DNA of 63,912 nt, counting the filler, from Octopus bimaculoides (taxonomy: Eukaryota), in NCBI RefSeq assembly GCF_001194135.2. It is 8 parts of 8 records of this genome, joined end to end, with 100 filler letters (N's around TTAATTAATTAA, not from the genome) between each part and the next. Parts side by side here need not be neighbours in the genome. Positions count along the whole stretch, not along the records: positions 22,840 to 30,258 come from NC_068987.1; positions 30,359 to 56,041 come from NC_069002.1; 6 more parts are not named here. One strand, given 5' to 3'. Made by a program: the position numbers and the translations under genes. The notes beneath the pieces are model-generated. The model ran no database searches and had not been told where the DNA came from. It saw only the letters and a program-made list of their open reading frames with translations. Below are positions 27,971-41,337 of this stretch, piece by piece (position 1 is the stretch's first letter; the number at the start of each line of letters is the position of its first letter).

Positions 27971-28100
27971 AATAATAATAATAATCCTTTCTAGTATAGG
28001 CACAAGACCTGGAATTTGTGGGGAGGGGTATAGTTGATTACATTGATCCCAGGTTCTTATTTCATCAAGGATGAAAGGCGATGTTGACCTTGGTGAATCT
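27971..28100 (-). mobile_element. SINE family B, 3' part, tail type 1
   Basis: aatcctttctagtataggcacaagacctggaatt...ggatgaaaggcgatgttgacc. Confidence 0.7.
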
Positions 28101-28194
28101 CGGTAATAATAACAGGTAAGATATATCCACAACTTCAAATCAATATACCATAGTAAAATAATAACAGTAGTAGTAGTGGTAGAAGTAATAATAA

Positions 28195-28736
28195 TAAATG
28201 CCCTGATGCAATACCAGGCAAGTGGCTCTTATGGCTTAACTGCTTGGAAGTGTTATCATGTACATTGTTTCATTTTGGTATAAAAGATGGGGTATAGTTG
28301 TTTGACCGTAACCAATTGAGCATGTCCCTTGGTGGCAGACAATACATGCATCTCTGATCACGAACATAAATCACTACTTATCCTCATGATCAGAGATGCA
28401 CATATCATAGCCATGTGTTGAGAGGAATTCTTTGAGGTTTGAATAATTCACCTCTGGAAACATGGATGTTTTGTTCAACATCCTTAAACAACCCTTATTC
28501 AGGGACCTTTTGAGCGGTTTGGGCTACTTGACCTGAAAAAAAAAAAAAAAAACTGGGCTCCACCTGCAAAGTCATGTGCTGTTTATTTTGATATGAGATC
28601 ACTATGTCATGCACATATATGGTTGTGATGCATGTGCCTGGTGTACCCTTATCAGACTGGTAGTCATGATGGGTATACTGGACTTTGTATATTTTACCCC
28701 AGTGTCACTTTGATGGCATGCACAGCTCTCTCACTC
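28195..28736 (+). mobile_element. Unclassified interspersed repeat ending in (AAT)n
   Basis: Non-coding 540-bp block ending ctctctcactc(aat)n, the layout of a retroposed 3' tail; only one copy in this window, family recalled rather than shown. Confidence 0.45.
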
Positions 28737-28966
28737 AATAATAATAATAATAATCCTTTCTACTATAGGTGCAAGGCCTGAAATTTTGGAGGAGGGAACT
28801 AGTCAATCATATCGATGCCAGTGTTTCACTGGTATTTAACTTATTGACCCTGAAAGAATGAAAGGCAAAGCTGACTTCGCTGGAATTTGAACTTAGAATA
28901 TAGCAACAGGTGAAATACTGCTAAGCATTTTGCCTGGTGTGCTAACAACTCTGCTAGCTTGTTGCT
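28737..28966 (-). mobile_element. SINE family B, full length, tail type 1
   Basis: tRNA-like head (B-box AAGTTCAAATTCC), central gcctttcattctttcagggtcaataag, (ATT)n tail. Confidence 0.85.
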
Positions 28967-28997
28967 TTGATGATGATAATGATGATGATGATAATAA

Positions 28998-29503
28998 TAA
29001 GAGCACTCAGAGAGCACAAACCTCCGCAGAGGCAACACCAATGTCCTCTCAAAGAATAGTCAGAGATAATTTTTAAAATGAGAATATCTGAAATAAACTC
29101 GACTGCTCTGACAAACGAGAATACTAAAAATGAACCCGACCACTCTCAAAAATTAAGTAAAAAAACAGGAAAAATAATCTAGAATCTTTGTTCGGTACCT
29201 GATCTATCCCAACAGTAGTCATGGAATGTGAAGGTGTGCCGGCCGTGTTTGTAATTACCATGTTGGTATTGTGTGTGTGTGTGTCGTCTGCTGTGGGAAC
29301 AGAGACAGATTTCTCTATGAAGGTCTTTTTTAGTCTATCCACTGACTGATCCCAAAATCTAATCAGTTTGTGCCAGTCATGAGACCAAACATCCCTGAAA
29401 GTTTCATCTGAATCCATCCAGCAGTTTTTGAGATATCTTGTCCATGGTGAAACAAACAAACATGACCAAAAACAATCTCTCTGCCTTCGCTAAGGCAGAG
29501 GTA
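28998..29503 (+). mobile_element. Non-autonomous Helentron-associated (HINE/DINE-1-like) element
   Basis: 5' subterminal acctccgc (29020) inverted to 3' ggcagaggt; 3' stem-loop ctctgcctt-cgct-aaggcagag (29479-29500); no ORF. Confidence 0.55.
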
Positions 29504-29737
29504 ATAATAATAATAATAATAATAATGGTTTCAAATTTTGCCACAAGGGCAGCAGTTCTGGGAGAGGGAATGAGTTGATTACATCAACCCCAGTGTTTCA
29601 CTGGTACTTAAATAATTGACCCAAAAGGATGAAAGGTAATGTTGACCATGGCAGAATTTGAACTCAGACGTAGCAGCAGACGAAATACTGCTAAGCATTT
29701 TGTCCAGCATGCTAACGATTCTGCCAGCTCACCACCT
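29504..29737 (-). mobile_element. SINE family B, full length, tail type 2
   Basis: Same head and centre as 28737, different tail (ggtttcaaattttgccacaagg on plus). Confidence 0.85.
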
Positions 29738-29924
29738 TTTGGTAATAATAATAAGAAGAAGAATGATGATATGCCCACAACAGCTCTAGCAATGTAGTGC
29801 ATCAATAAATTGCAGTAGTAATTTCAACATGCTGTTAGGAAGGTACTGGATAGGTAGGCATAGAGAGTGAGGGGGGGGAGTTGTTTTTATATGGGTGTGG
29901 ACTATCCTGAACAGGAAGCACTTC

Positions 29925-30200
29925 AAGCAGTGTCTATAATTGCCTTGATCCCAAAGTCGCTAACTACTAATCTATGTTGTGGGGTACATTCTTCGCCAGG
30001 GTAGGTTTTGGCATTTATAAGCCGCCCTCTTTCCCTATTTCTGGCGAGGATGTAGTCGATTTGGCTAGAGTGTCTGCCGGAGCGGTAGGTGACTAGGTGA
30101 CTGGCAGGTTTCCTGAAGTTGGTATTGCAGACCATAAGATCGGTTGCATCACAGAACTCCAGCAGTCTGGTTCCCTCCTCATTTCGGGAACCGAAGCCAT
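29925..30200 (-). mobile_element. RTE LINE endonuclease (APE) fragment
   Basis: GSRNEEGTRLLEFCDATDLMVCNTNFRKPASHLVTYRSGRHSSQIDYIL...PQHRLVVSDF. Confidence 0.9.
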
Positions 30201-30359
30201 AATTGTCACGTCATTGTACTTATTGAATAGTAATGGGCCACTGGCTGTCATGATGGCGNNNNNNNNNNNNNNNNNNNNNNNNNNNNNNNNNNNNNNNNNN
30301 NNTTAATTAATTAANNNNNNNNNNNNNNNNNNNNNNNNNNNNNNNNNNNNNNNNNNNNA

Positions 30360-31005
30360 ATGTTAAGCTTGTTGTTATCGTTAAGGAATTTATGATTGAG
30401 GTTATCTTCGTATTTATTGTTATTATTTAAATTAAAAACTGTATCATTATTACTATTGCTATTAATATTATTATTATTATAACTACTCAGATCGGTTTCA
30501 TAAGTAGAATCTATATAATTAACCTTTTCTCTGTAACCTGCTTTTAATAAAGCTAAATTGTAAAGTTCAGCCTCCTTATTGAAGATGCATTCATTCGTAG
30601 ATAGTTTGGTTAGTCTAAGTGAAATATGTTTGACCAAATTTCTCGTTACAGAATTTGGATGATTGCTGGATTTAGTGATATATTTTAGGTTAGTGGAGGG
30701 TTTGTGATACGGGAAAAATGTTTTAGTATGTAGATCTAAAGTGACGTCCAAGAAGTTAGCTATAGATGTTTCATCTTCAAGTACTATACCAAAGCCCATT
30801 CTACTAAAAAACCTAGCTAATCTATTTTTAACTTTTTGTATTTTTTGATTTGTGGTGTTCTCTAAGGATAATAGACAATCGTCTCTGTATAGACCACCCT
30901 TCACATTTGGGAATTGGTCTTCTAATTCGTATAGAATGTATGTGCATACTAAATCTGCTATTTGTGCTGGTTTCATACTCGGTCATAATGTCTTACGTTT
31001 AAGAT
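30360..31005 (-). mobile_element. Penelope-like reverse transcriptase fragment
   Basis: AQIADLV..YIL...GLYRDDCL...NFLDVTLDL...YHKP...SNHP...LSTNECIFNK..YNLALLKAGY (ORF 30311-30976). Confidence 0.9.
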
Positions 31006-31015
31006 GATTCCCATG

Positions 31016-31098
31016 CATTCCCTGAAGAGAAGGTTACAATTTTAACATCACAGATCCCTATGGATCACATAGGTTGTAATCCTTTGAAACATATGTAG
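31016..31098 (+). ncRNA. Type I hammerhead ribozyme, 3' strand of stem I lost in gap
   Basis: CTGAAGA 31022-31028; stem II gaagg-ttacaat/gttgtaa-t-ccttt; GAAA 31086-31089; palindromic stem III ACATATGT; GUA triplet, predicted cut after 31097. Confidence 0.7.
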
Positions 31099-31513
31099 NN
31101 NNNNNNNNNNNNNNNNNNNNNNNNNNNNNNNNNNNNNNNNNNNNNNNNNNNNNNNNNNNNNNNNNNNNNNNNNNNNNNNNNNNNNNNNNNNNNNNNNNNN
31201 NNNNNNNNNNNNNNNNNNNNNNNNNNNNNNNNNNNNNNNNNNNNNNNNNNNNNNNNNNNNNNNNNNNNNNNNNNNNNNNNNNNNNNNNNNNNNNNNNNNN
31301 NNNNNNNNNNNNNNNNNNNNNNNNNNNNNNNNNNNNNNNNNNNNNNNNNNNNNNNNNNNNNNNNNNNNNNNNNNNNNNNNNNNNNNNNNNNNNNNNNNNN
31401 NNNNNNNNNNNNNNNNNNNNNNNNNNNNNNNNNNNNNNNNNNNNNNNNNNNNNNNNNNNNNNNNNNNNNNNNNNNNNNNNNNNNNNNNNNNNNNNNNNNN
31501 NNNNNNNNNNNNN

Positions 31514-31577
<64 letters not shown>

Positions 31578-33334
31578 TAAGAAGGAAAGAGACGACAGGA
31601 AAAACAATGGTTATGCTATGAACCTCATTACATGACCATTGTTTTTCCTGTGCCATCTCTTTTTCTTATTACTGCCCTATACTCATCTAATACATTGTTT
31701 TAGTACCTGAAACACACGTATATTGTGTTTTACACCACGTTACTAGTTTTGCAATGCCGAAGCGAAATATATATGTGCGAGGTTGTACATATACACACGT
31801 GTCTCGCTCTCACTCTCATGATAAAACGTTGTCTCAGTAAAACCCAAAAGGGTTTGAGTTTTTTAAGAAATGATCTTGTGACTTGTTAATTAATTCGAAA
31901 GAAAAATCTTTCAAACTGCTAATTCATCACATCAATACGAAATCCTTAAATTACGAAAAGAATATCAAATATAACACGACTAAAGATAGAAAGAAATGGA
32001 TAAATAAATATACAAAGCAAAGAGCAAATACTGCAGAAAATTAAGAAGTCTTCGATAATAGTTCGTGACTGACATCAATTTTTCTTAAAAGAAAATAAAA
32101 AAATGAATCAGAAAAAAACAGCAACAGAACAAAAATTTAAAAGCAAAAATGAAATAGAATACAAAGTCAAAGTTTCCAGAATTTAATATTTTTTCAGTTA
32201 TTATTTGAAGGTGTGTGAATGTATAAGTGCGTGTATGTGTATATGTAAATGTGTGTGTCAGTGTAACTGACCTTTACTCAATTGCATGTGTGTGTGTGCA
32301 TGTGTATGTATGGTTGTATGTATGTATGTATGTATGACTGTATGTACACGACTGAGAAATTGAATAAAGATGAGAAAAAGCATATACAGCGAAATAGATC
32401 GATAGACGGATGGATGGATCGATGGATGGATACAGTGAAAGAGCGAGGAGTGAATGAATAAGTGAACGAACGAATGAGAACAGAAGATAAAAAGCTATTT
32501 TATTTCTCCATCTGGTAAACTAGTAGTCTTTGTTACAAATCGCCCCATGTTTGACCGCAGAAATTTCTCGACGATTCTGGAGATATTAAAACCAGTAAAT
32601 GATAGTTTGCCCAGATCCTCTCACACCTCACTGACCATGTTTTCTCCTTCTCACCGCATAATGGAAGTTTTTTTTTTTAAATTTGTTTCGGTTTTCCTAA
32701 TTGTCAACCTTTGGTTGAATTTTATTATGCCAATACTACATAGCTTTAGTTTTCTCTAAATCCTGTATGATTATGTGGCTTTCATCTTTTATCTCTCAAA
32801 GCTTCAAGTAACTCTCTCAATGCAAGAATATTTTTTACCGTTTAATCAAAGATGCGAAGGTAGTTCAGTGACCCCTAATGTTTAAGGTTCTCTGGATCTG
32901 TGGGAGGAAGGAAAAAGCTCATCTTTAGCTGCAGACCTGGACCGAATGCATCTAACCGAAAGGTCTCTGCATAAAGATACCCAAGAGCCAGGTGCAGTTG
33001 TTAAAGAGAGTGATGTATTCAGTCTAACGCAACACAACAAAAAGAAACGTAACAGCCGCTCCGGGCTAACGTTATTTGGATTGGTGCTTTATTTTATTGA
33101 TCTTTAAAGAAGAAGAGGCAAAGTTGACCTCCATAGATTTGAACCAATTCTGCAAACAGCTACAACGAATATCGCAATGTATTTTTGTCCCACATTATAG
33201 CGCTCGCTCCTTCAAATGGCGTCTACGAGGCCATCTTTATCATTGGCCTCCCGGTGTTATAAAATAGAACATCTTAACTGAAGAATATTCTCAATGAAAG
33301 AGGATTTTTATTAACATTGTTTTTAATGTTGGTA

Positions 33335-33460
33335 GCAGCTGGAATGTTCGGTTTACTATCATAAGTTTGTGGGTTCGATTCCTGGGCTGAGTGACATTTG
33401 GTGTTCTTGAGCGAGATACTTCATTATACATAGTTCCAGTTTACTCGGCTGAAGTGAGTG
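33335..33460 (+). mobile_element. SINE family D head
   Basis: gggttcgattcc B-box followed by ggtgttcttgagcgagatacttcat, as at 9900. Confidence 0.5.
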
Positions 33461-34436
33461 TCACTTGTCTGTCCTCTCTCCCTTCAGTTGTAACAATATG
33501 GATGATGTCACACTCGATCACAGAGCAGAATGGATAAAAGAGCGTGTCATGTCTGCATGAGACTAAATAGGCACCTAAAACAATTAACGAAAGCACGGTA
33601 CACGCTATTAAGTCCTACTCGATTGCGAGAAACGATGATAGGGGTTTCAAAGTGGATATAAATTATTTCACATTAGCTATGGTCAAACGTGTTTTAGTGA
33701 GTCGAGATCAGAACTATCATTTCGTATTTTAAATTATTTTGTATTCAATTAAAAGTGATTAAGAACGTTTTCAGAAGAAAGTTTAGCTGTTATATCGAAT
33801 GACTGTTAGAAGCATTACATACAAATCCGAGGGACGTTTCTCGGTGTTTTTATATCTATTTTTTTTGTCTATAGCAGAGCTACAAGAAGTTTCAACAGTA
33901 AGGGTGACGTCTGAAAGAAAATATGCGGTGTGGATTCGGCATACGAAACTGTAAATGATTCTAAGCCATTTGTCATGGAATTTGATGGTTATTGATTACA
34001 AAAAGAACCTCAGAGCGTGATAAATCTATACCATATCCGGAATATGATTCCAGGTTTTATGACTAATTCACATGACTAGAATAATGTCTGGAATAGACGA
34101 TCTAAAAGTGTTCGCTATTCTAAAAACAATTCTGTGTTCCTTTGATACATGTTTGATAGCCATGATGGCTACCAACTGCATCGTTATTGCGCTGTTGGAA
34201 TGATGGAGATGAGCTCTTCGAATTACTGTGGACAAACTACTTGATTTACAGCAGTGTTTAGTTACATAACATTGCGTATAGAATCTAAATGTAGCATTGC
34301 GTACGAGTGGGATTATGTATAAACACACACATACATACACACACAAATTCACATACGCAAACATGTGCACACATATATACACATGCGTTGCATACAGATG
34401 TATGTATATATTATATATATATACATTTATCAAGAT

Positions 34437-34486
<50 letters not shown>

Positions 34487-35980
34487 NNNNNNNNNNNNNN
34501 NNNNNNNNNNNNNNNNNNNNNNNNNNNNNNNNNNNNNNNNNNNNNNNNNNNNNNNNNNNNNNNNNNNNNNNNNNNNNNNNNNNNNNNNNNNNNNNNNNNN
34601 NNNNNNNNNNNNNNNNNNNNNNNNNNNNNNNNNNNNNNNNNNNNNNNNNNNNNNNNNNNNNNNNNNNNGCGGCTCCATTTAATTGAACAATGTAATTATT
34701 ACATCAATTTAAATACAGCGTTATCTTCAGCTGCACAAATATGGATTTTCAAAAGAAGATATATTAATATAAATTTTGTTAAAAATTATATGAGAGGAAG
34801 AGGGTGGAAGAATTTCATGTTGTCACTATTGTAGCAAGAATAGCTAAGAGAAGAACAAAACTATCATAGGTTTGTAATTCATTTCTAATTTATCTATCTC
34901 CTTATTATCAACAAAAATCTAAGACTAGAAGACTACGTATATTTAGAATAAAGAGCAGAGTGAGTTGACAGCTCATAGATAGATGTTGGTCATAAATTTC
35001 ATACTGTCACAGGTACCCGCCAACACACAAAAAAAAAGAAGCAAAACTTTAGAAAGTATCAATTAGATAGTAGTAAATGTCTATAAAAGAGGTGGGGTAG
35101 GAGTGACACTTATTCATGATGTTGTTACCAGTTAAAGGGGAAAACACTATGAAAACTTAGGATGCTATAATGAAATCCAGGAGAACATTAGAGGCTCAGT
35201 GGGAGACCGTTTATAAACAATATTATGTTGAATAAAATAAAAATAAAATTTTAGAAAAAAATTTAGAAAGGGATCTCATAGCCAAGTTAGCTAAAATGGA
35301 TTTATAGTTCAATTTGAACATTAAAATGATTACTATTATGTAAAATCACCTTAATACTTCATCTTTACCTACTTTATTATTAGGTGGTCACTATAAAAAC
35401 CACGCAAACCACTTACATATCGAATTTATCGGGAAATATATACATACTATTTATTGATTGAAAGGAATCAGAAGCAGGATAATAATGTTTATCCAGCATG
35501 TACAATTTTATTAGCAAATGAAGCATGTGTAATGGTGAATAGATAATACGAAAACAATTTTCCAATTTCCTACACGAGCGCGCGTGTGTGTTATGTGTCG
35601 ACGTTTCGAAATTGATGTTATTTTTGTTTGTGTCCCATTCGCCTAGCGTTTCGACAAATATGCTATAAAGTGCAGGAATTAAAGATATATACTGGAGTTG
35701 TTAGTATCGACGTATTCCTTGAATGTGGATTCACAGTTTTTCCCCAACCCAACGTGCTGCCGCTACAATATTGCTCCAACGCAACGTGGTATCGCTATAA
35801 CGACGGTTGAAACCAATATGCTGCTCCAGCGGTGATATAACGCAGTCACTGAAACCAGTGCAAAAATATAACATTTACATCCATATTTTATCAAAATGAG
35901 TTTCTAAAGACTGAAAGCAATCTCGATCCCTGAGGAATTTATTGAGAAGTGAGAGAGAGATGAGAGAGAGAAAGAGAGAG

Positions 35981-36036
<56 letters not shown>

Positions 36037-37024
36037 AGAGAGAGAGAGAGAGAGGGGGAGAGAGAACAAGCAATTGTCACTAAATACAAATGCAGTGTAA
36101 AGGGGGAGGAGAACCGACATGTGAAGCGGGGGCAGAATAAAGTATTTGCTTGAAAATAATCGCAGAGAGGGGGAGAAACACTAACGAAGCGAATAAATTA
36201 GATTTAATATGCAGGAAGGGAAGGATTTAGAAAGCTCGTTTGTGGTGATTGGTTTATAAAGCAAAAATCTGATCGATTACTTTCAATTAAGACGATCAAG
36301 GCAAACGAATGTTCCTAGCTAAGGGGGTGGGGGTCATTATGATAGAGAACTGATGAGAGTTATATGTTAATGGGAAGATATTTAAATCTTCGTTAGGTTT
36401 TGTTGAAAACTTTAGCAGTGTCTAAATGTATGAGAAAGGTGTTGCAGAAAATAAAGTAGATAAAAAAAGATATATTCAATAGTGAATGGATTAAAGAACT
36501 GCTAATACAAAAGACAAATATATAAAATAAACATATAAGTATCTGAAGACTGGAAATGAGAGTTGAACGTGTTCCTGAATCAATTATAAATAGGTTGGGT
36601 GTAGACGGCTATTTTCTCTTAACAGAAATTAGTAAATCAGTTCTTTTCCTCTTCTTTTTACACAGCATCCTACACTGACAGTTTTGTTTCTAAATCCTTC
36701 CTTTTCTACTTATTAAATATAATTCAATTGCCATATATGGTAATAATTTTCTTCTGTTAATAAAATCTTACTGCACCTCATCCATATAAATTCCACTCTC
36801 CCCGCCACTCGCACTACTATCTAATTTCCATTTATATTCATTCACAGTCCCTCGCCTTTATCTCGACATTTAACGTTATTCTGTTTGGAACGAAACGGAA
36901 AACTAAAAGTATTGGGCTTGATAAATATTTTCTTTCAACCCTCAAACAGGAAAGTGCTTGATTATGATGAGGAGGAGTGTAAATTATTTCTTTCATTTTA
37001 CATGTATGTGTGTGTCCGTGAGTG

Positions 37025-37059
<35 letters not shown>

Positions 37060-37123
37060 ATGTGTGAATACAAATATATATAACATTAATTACGATTTTA
37101 CACACACACACACACTCACTTAC

Positions 37124-37194
<71 letters not shown>

Positions 37195-37251
37195 TAACGT
37201 ATATGAATATATAAATATATAGATACATATATATGTATGTAGTTAAGTAGG

Positions 37252-37282
<31 letters not shown>

Positions 37283-37711
37283 ATACATATATATACACGC
37301 ACACGCACACACACACACATATATATATGTACATACACATACACACACACGTGCACACGCACACACACACACACACATATATATATATACATACACATAC
37401 ACACACACGCGCACACACATATATATGTATATATATATATATATANNNNNNNNNNCCTGCAACTATGTAATGGTGTTCTTATCTACAAACTTCCCCTCTC
37501 CCCCTCTTTTTCTCTCTTATTTCTCTCTCTCTCTCTCTCTCACTCTCACTTTCTCTCTCTTTCTCGCTCTCATGTCTTTCACTTTCTCTCTCTCTCTCCC
37601 ACTCATTCTCTTGCTCCCTCTCTGCATGCGCCTGTGTCTCTATATGTGTGGCTTTGTATGTGGACGCATGTAAGAATTACCACGATAAATAATAATAATA
37701 ATAATGATAAC

Positions 37712-37754
<43 letters not shown>

Positions 37755-38643
37755 GAAAAATACTAAAGGAAAGAGAATCGAGTGAGCGTCAGCAGCAGCA
37801 GCCGACAGATTGTTCAATGATAGAATGGTTCCATATGGCTGTACAACGACACCAAAAGACATGGTTCCTTCAGAAAAAGGTAAAAACTTATCGGTGCACA
37901 TTGGCAAGTGATCAAACCTTTTAGCTGCATAAGCCACTGGCTTTCACTTACCTGCTGCAGAATACTTGTAAGGAAGCTAAGTAAAGCAGCTACAACAACA
38001 ATGAGAAGATCAATATGTTTTGGGATGGCAAAAACAGAAGTGAAATCAGTTCTTTGCTATTTCAATTTTTGGTGTGTATTTTATTTATCTATTTATATTT
38101 AATTTCTATATTTTTTTTCAGGAGGTGCCATTTAAAAAAAAAAAGAAGAAAAGAACTGCCAGCAGCCAGCTTTATCATCCACTCAACGATTATTTCCTTT
38201 CCAAATTTACTTACATTCTTCAATGTTTGGGATTTCTCCCAATTACAATACTGTTACACTATAGTTACTGGTTATATAACCACAGACGCACTAATATCAA
38301 GTTACGACTGATGTGGTTCAGAAAGAAAATACGAGTGTTCGAACCTGACCTGAATTTTTCTTTCAATTCCCAATTGGAAAAATTTCACTCGACATCCGTC
38401 ACTAATTCTTTCCAAACAGAACGAACACCAGTTTCATATTTCAGGTATTCCTTTCTTTCTCTCTCTCTCTCTCTCTCTCACTCTCTCTCCATTCTCTATA
38501 TGTCTCTCTCTTTCCCTTTCCCTCTCTCAAACACACACCTGTATATACATTTTTCTCCGTGTCTCTCTTATAGCTATATTGATCTGGCCGGGTGTGTAGT
38601 GGTACGCGTGTAGGTAAATATATATGTACTTTTACATGTATGA

Positions 38644-38677
<34 letters not shown>

Positions 38678-39289
38678 NNNNNNNNNNNNNNNNNNNNNNN
38701 NNNNNNNNNNNNNNNNNNNNNNNNNNNNNNNNNNNNNNNNNNNNNNNNNNNNNNNNNNNNNNNNNNNNNNNNNNNNNNNNNNNNNNNNNNNNNNNNNNNN
38801 NNNNNNNNNNNNNNNNNNNNNNNNNNNNNNNNNNNNNNNNNNNNNNNNNNNNNNNNNNNNNNNNNNNNNNNNNNNNNNNNNNNNNNNNNNNNNNNNNNNN
38901 NNNNNNNNNNNNNNNNNNNNNNNNNNNNNNNNNNNNNNNNNNNNNNNNNNNNNNNNNNNNNNNNNNNNNNNNNNNNNNNNNNNNNNNNNNNNNNNNNNNN
39001 NNNNNNNNNNNNNNNNNNNNNNNNNNNNNNNNNNNNNNNNNNNNNNNNNNNNNNNNNNNNNNNNNNNNNNNNNGGGGTTATTTTACCCTAAATTTATATA
39101 GCAATTATAAAATGGAGGAGAATATGCGGTACTCAACAGCTTGCAGACAGTGTATTCCGTTGAATTAATTAACTTGTTTTGTAACTAAAATGACAAAAAC
39201 CACAAAATACAAATGCTTATGACATACCATGTTATATTAACAATCGAGGTTACAAATATAAAGTACATTAGGAATTTGAGAATAAACAG

Positions 39290-39419
39290 GAACTTACAGC
39301 TGTTTCGGTCTAGCGTTGGCATGCCCCATTCTATCCGAATAGCTCCTGCCGGAGTAATTAGCAGATGAAATGCTGAAATGGGGGTACATGCATGATTCGC
39401 TAGGCCTCTTCAGAGATTC
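39290..39419 (-). ncRNA. Type I hammerhead ribozyme with a 100-nt branched stem II
   Basis: Minus strand: gaatct-CTGAAGA-ggcctagcg...cgctagacc-GAAA-c-agct-GTA-agttc; palindrome ACAGCTGT; predicted cut 3' of 39295. Confidence 0.75.
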
Positions 39420-41337
39420 ACAAAAATTTAACACAAATATAAAGTAAAAAATAAAGTTAAAAATAAAGTAGAAATAAAAATAAGAATACAGTAAAAATAA
39501 AATGAATAAATGAAAATGAAAATGAAAATATAAAAATATAAGGCACATAAAAAGCCTACAAACAGTACATGAGGTCATACAAATAGTTATAGACACTCCA
39601 ATGCACATGTCTGTGTTTCTGTGCATAACCATACTTGGATATCAAATGATTCAAGAGCATATATATATATATATGTGAGTACATATGTGTGTATATATCT
39701 ATTTATCCCCTCACACATACGTACACACATACATATATGTATACACAGACATTCCCATACGTACATGGCCCCTGGCACCAACGTTATTCGTTGTGTTTTG
39801 AAGGCTGAGTGCGTGCGTGTCAGTTCTGTATGTGTTGGATGGGTCTATGTGGAAGTTCTTTCCAGAGGAGTTATTTATACTAGGGTATTAATAGCAATAA
39901 TAATAGTGATAATGATGATGATGATAAAAACAACAACAACAACAGCAACAACATCAACAACAGCAACAACAACAACAATAATAATAATGTGCCAACTTTC
40001 GAACTTTGCGGTGAGGTGCCCCGTTATTTTTCTGCGTAGAAGATCATGTTATTCCTTTCAGAGTGTATGAGAGATTCTGCTGCTATTTGGGGAGGGTTAA
40101 TTTCTACAGTTAATTCCTCTCATCTAATTGGACAACTATTGTTTAAAAGTATCTTGGCTTAGCTACGGTTGGATAGACACCAACCGGCCAAGAGGGTTAG
40201 GGTGCGCATGCATACGTACACCTACACACACACACACACACACACACACGCGTGCTATATATATCTCCCTATATTTATATACACGCGAACATATATGTAT
40301 ATACACATATACATACACAAGCACACATCCCTTCATTCCACTATATATTTATATAGATGTAGTGTATATACAAGGGTTAGATGAGTTACTGAATAGATTA
40401 TTAAGAAGTTTATATGCAGATAGAAATAAATAAATAAAAATAAATAACTATCCTTATGTATATATACACGCTTAGAAGTATTCTATTTTTAGTAGATACA
40501 CTCAACTAATGAACCATTATGGTAGTTATTTATAAACTTAGTGAATTTACGTGTGATTGAATTTCATTATTTCTACTGTTTGGTTAAAACATGGGGCGTT
40601 AATTACTATAGAGACAATAGTGAATGGGGATGACCCAAAGATTTGAGTATCCTACCTAACTACCGTTAACTTACATAATTAAATAAATAGTTATGTTATT
40701 GCTGCCACCACCAGCATCATCCCCATACCGTATCCTGCATAACTAACTAGTTAATTAATACATTGGTTTAAATGAGTAGTTAAGTAAACAATAATTGATC
40801 AAACAAACAATCGATGAATAAAACCGTCCAAACCATGGCAGAATATCGTTGAGTACCAGAGGCCCTAACACGCAGAAGACAGTTACTCCCACATCCTCAT
40901 ATATACACACTCAAAATGTGCATACACACACACATATGTCCATGTGCATATACATCTACAGGCACACGACATTCCCATGGATGATTGTAAGTACACAGGT
41001 ACGCATATACCCACACTCGGACATACATACACACATATGTACACACATATATATACATATACACCAATATATATATATATACATACACACATTTATACAT
41101 ACACCCACATATATACGCATATATGCACATACATATACACACCCACATACACTCATATGTACATATTATGTACCCTCACATACACCCATACTCACACACA
41201 TACATACACACATATATATATACATATACAGAAAATAATAACGCCACACAGTGGACTTCTCAAAATAACCACATTTAGTACCTAATGCGAGGAAAAACAA
41301 CCAACAGAAGATGACCAACTTTCTTTTAAATAAACTT

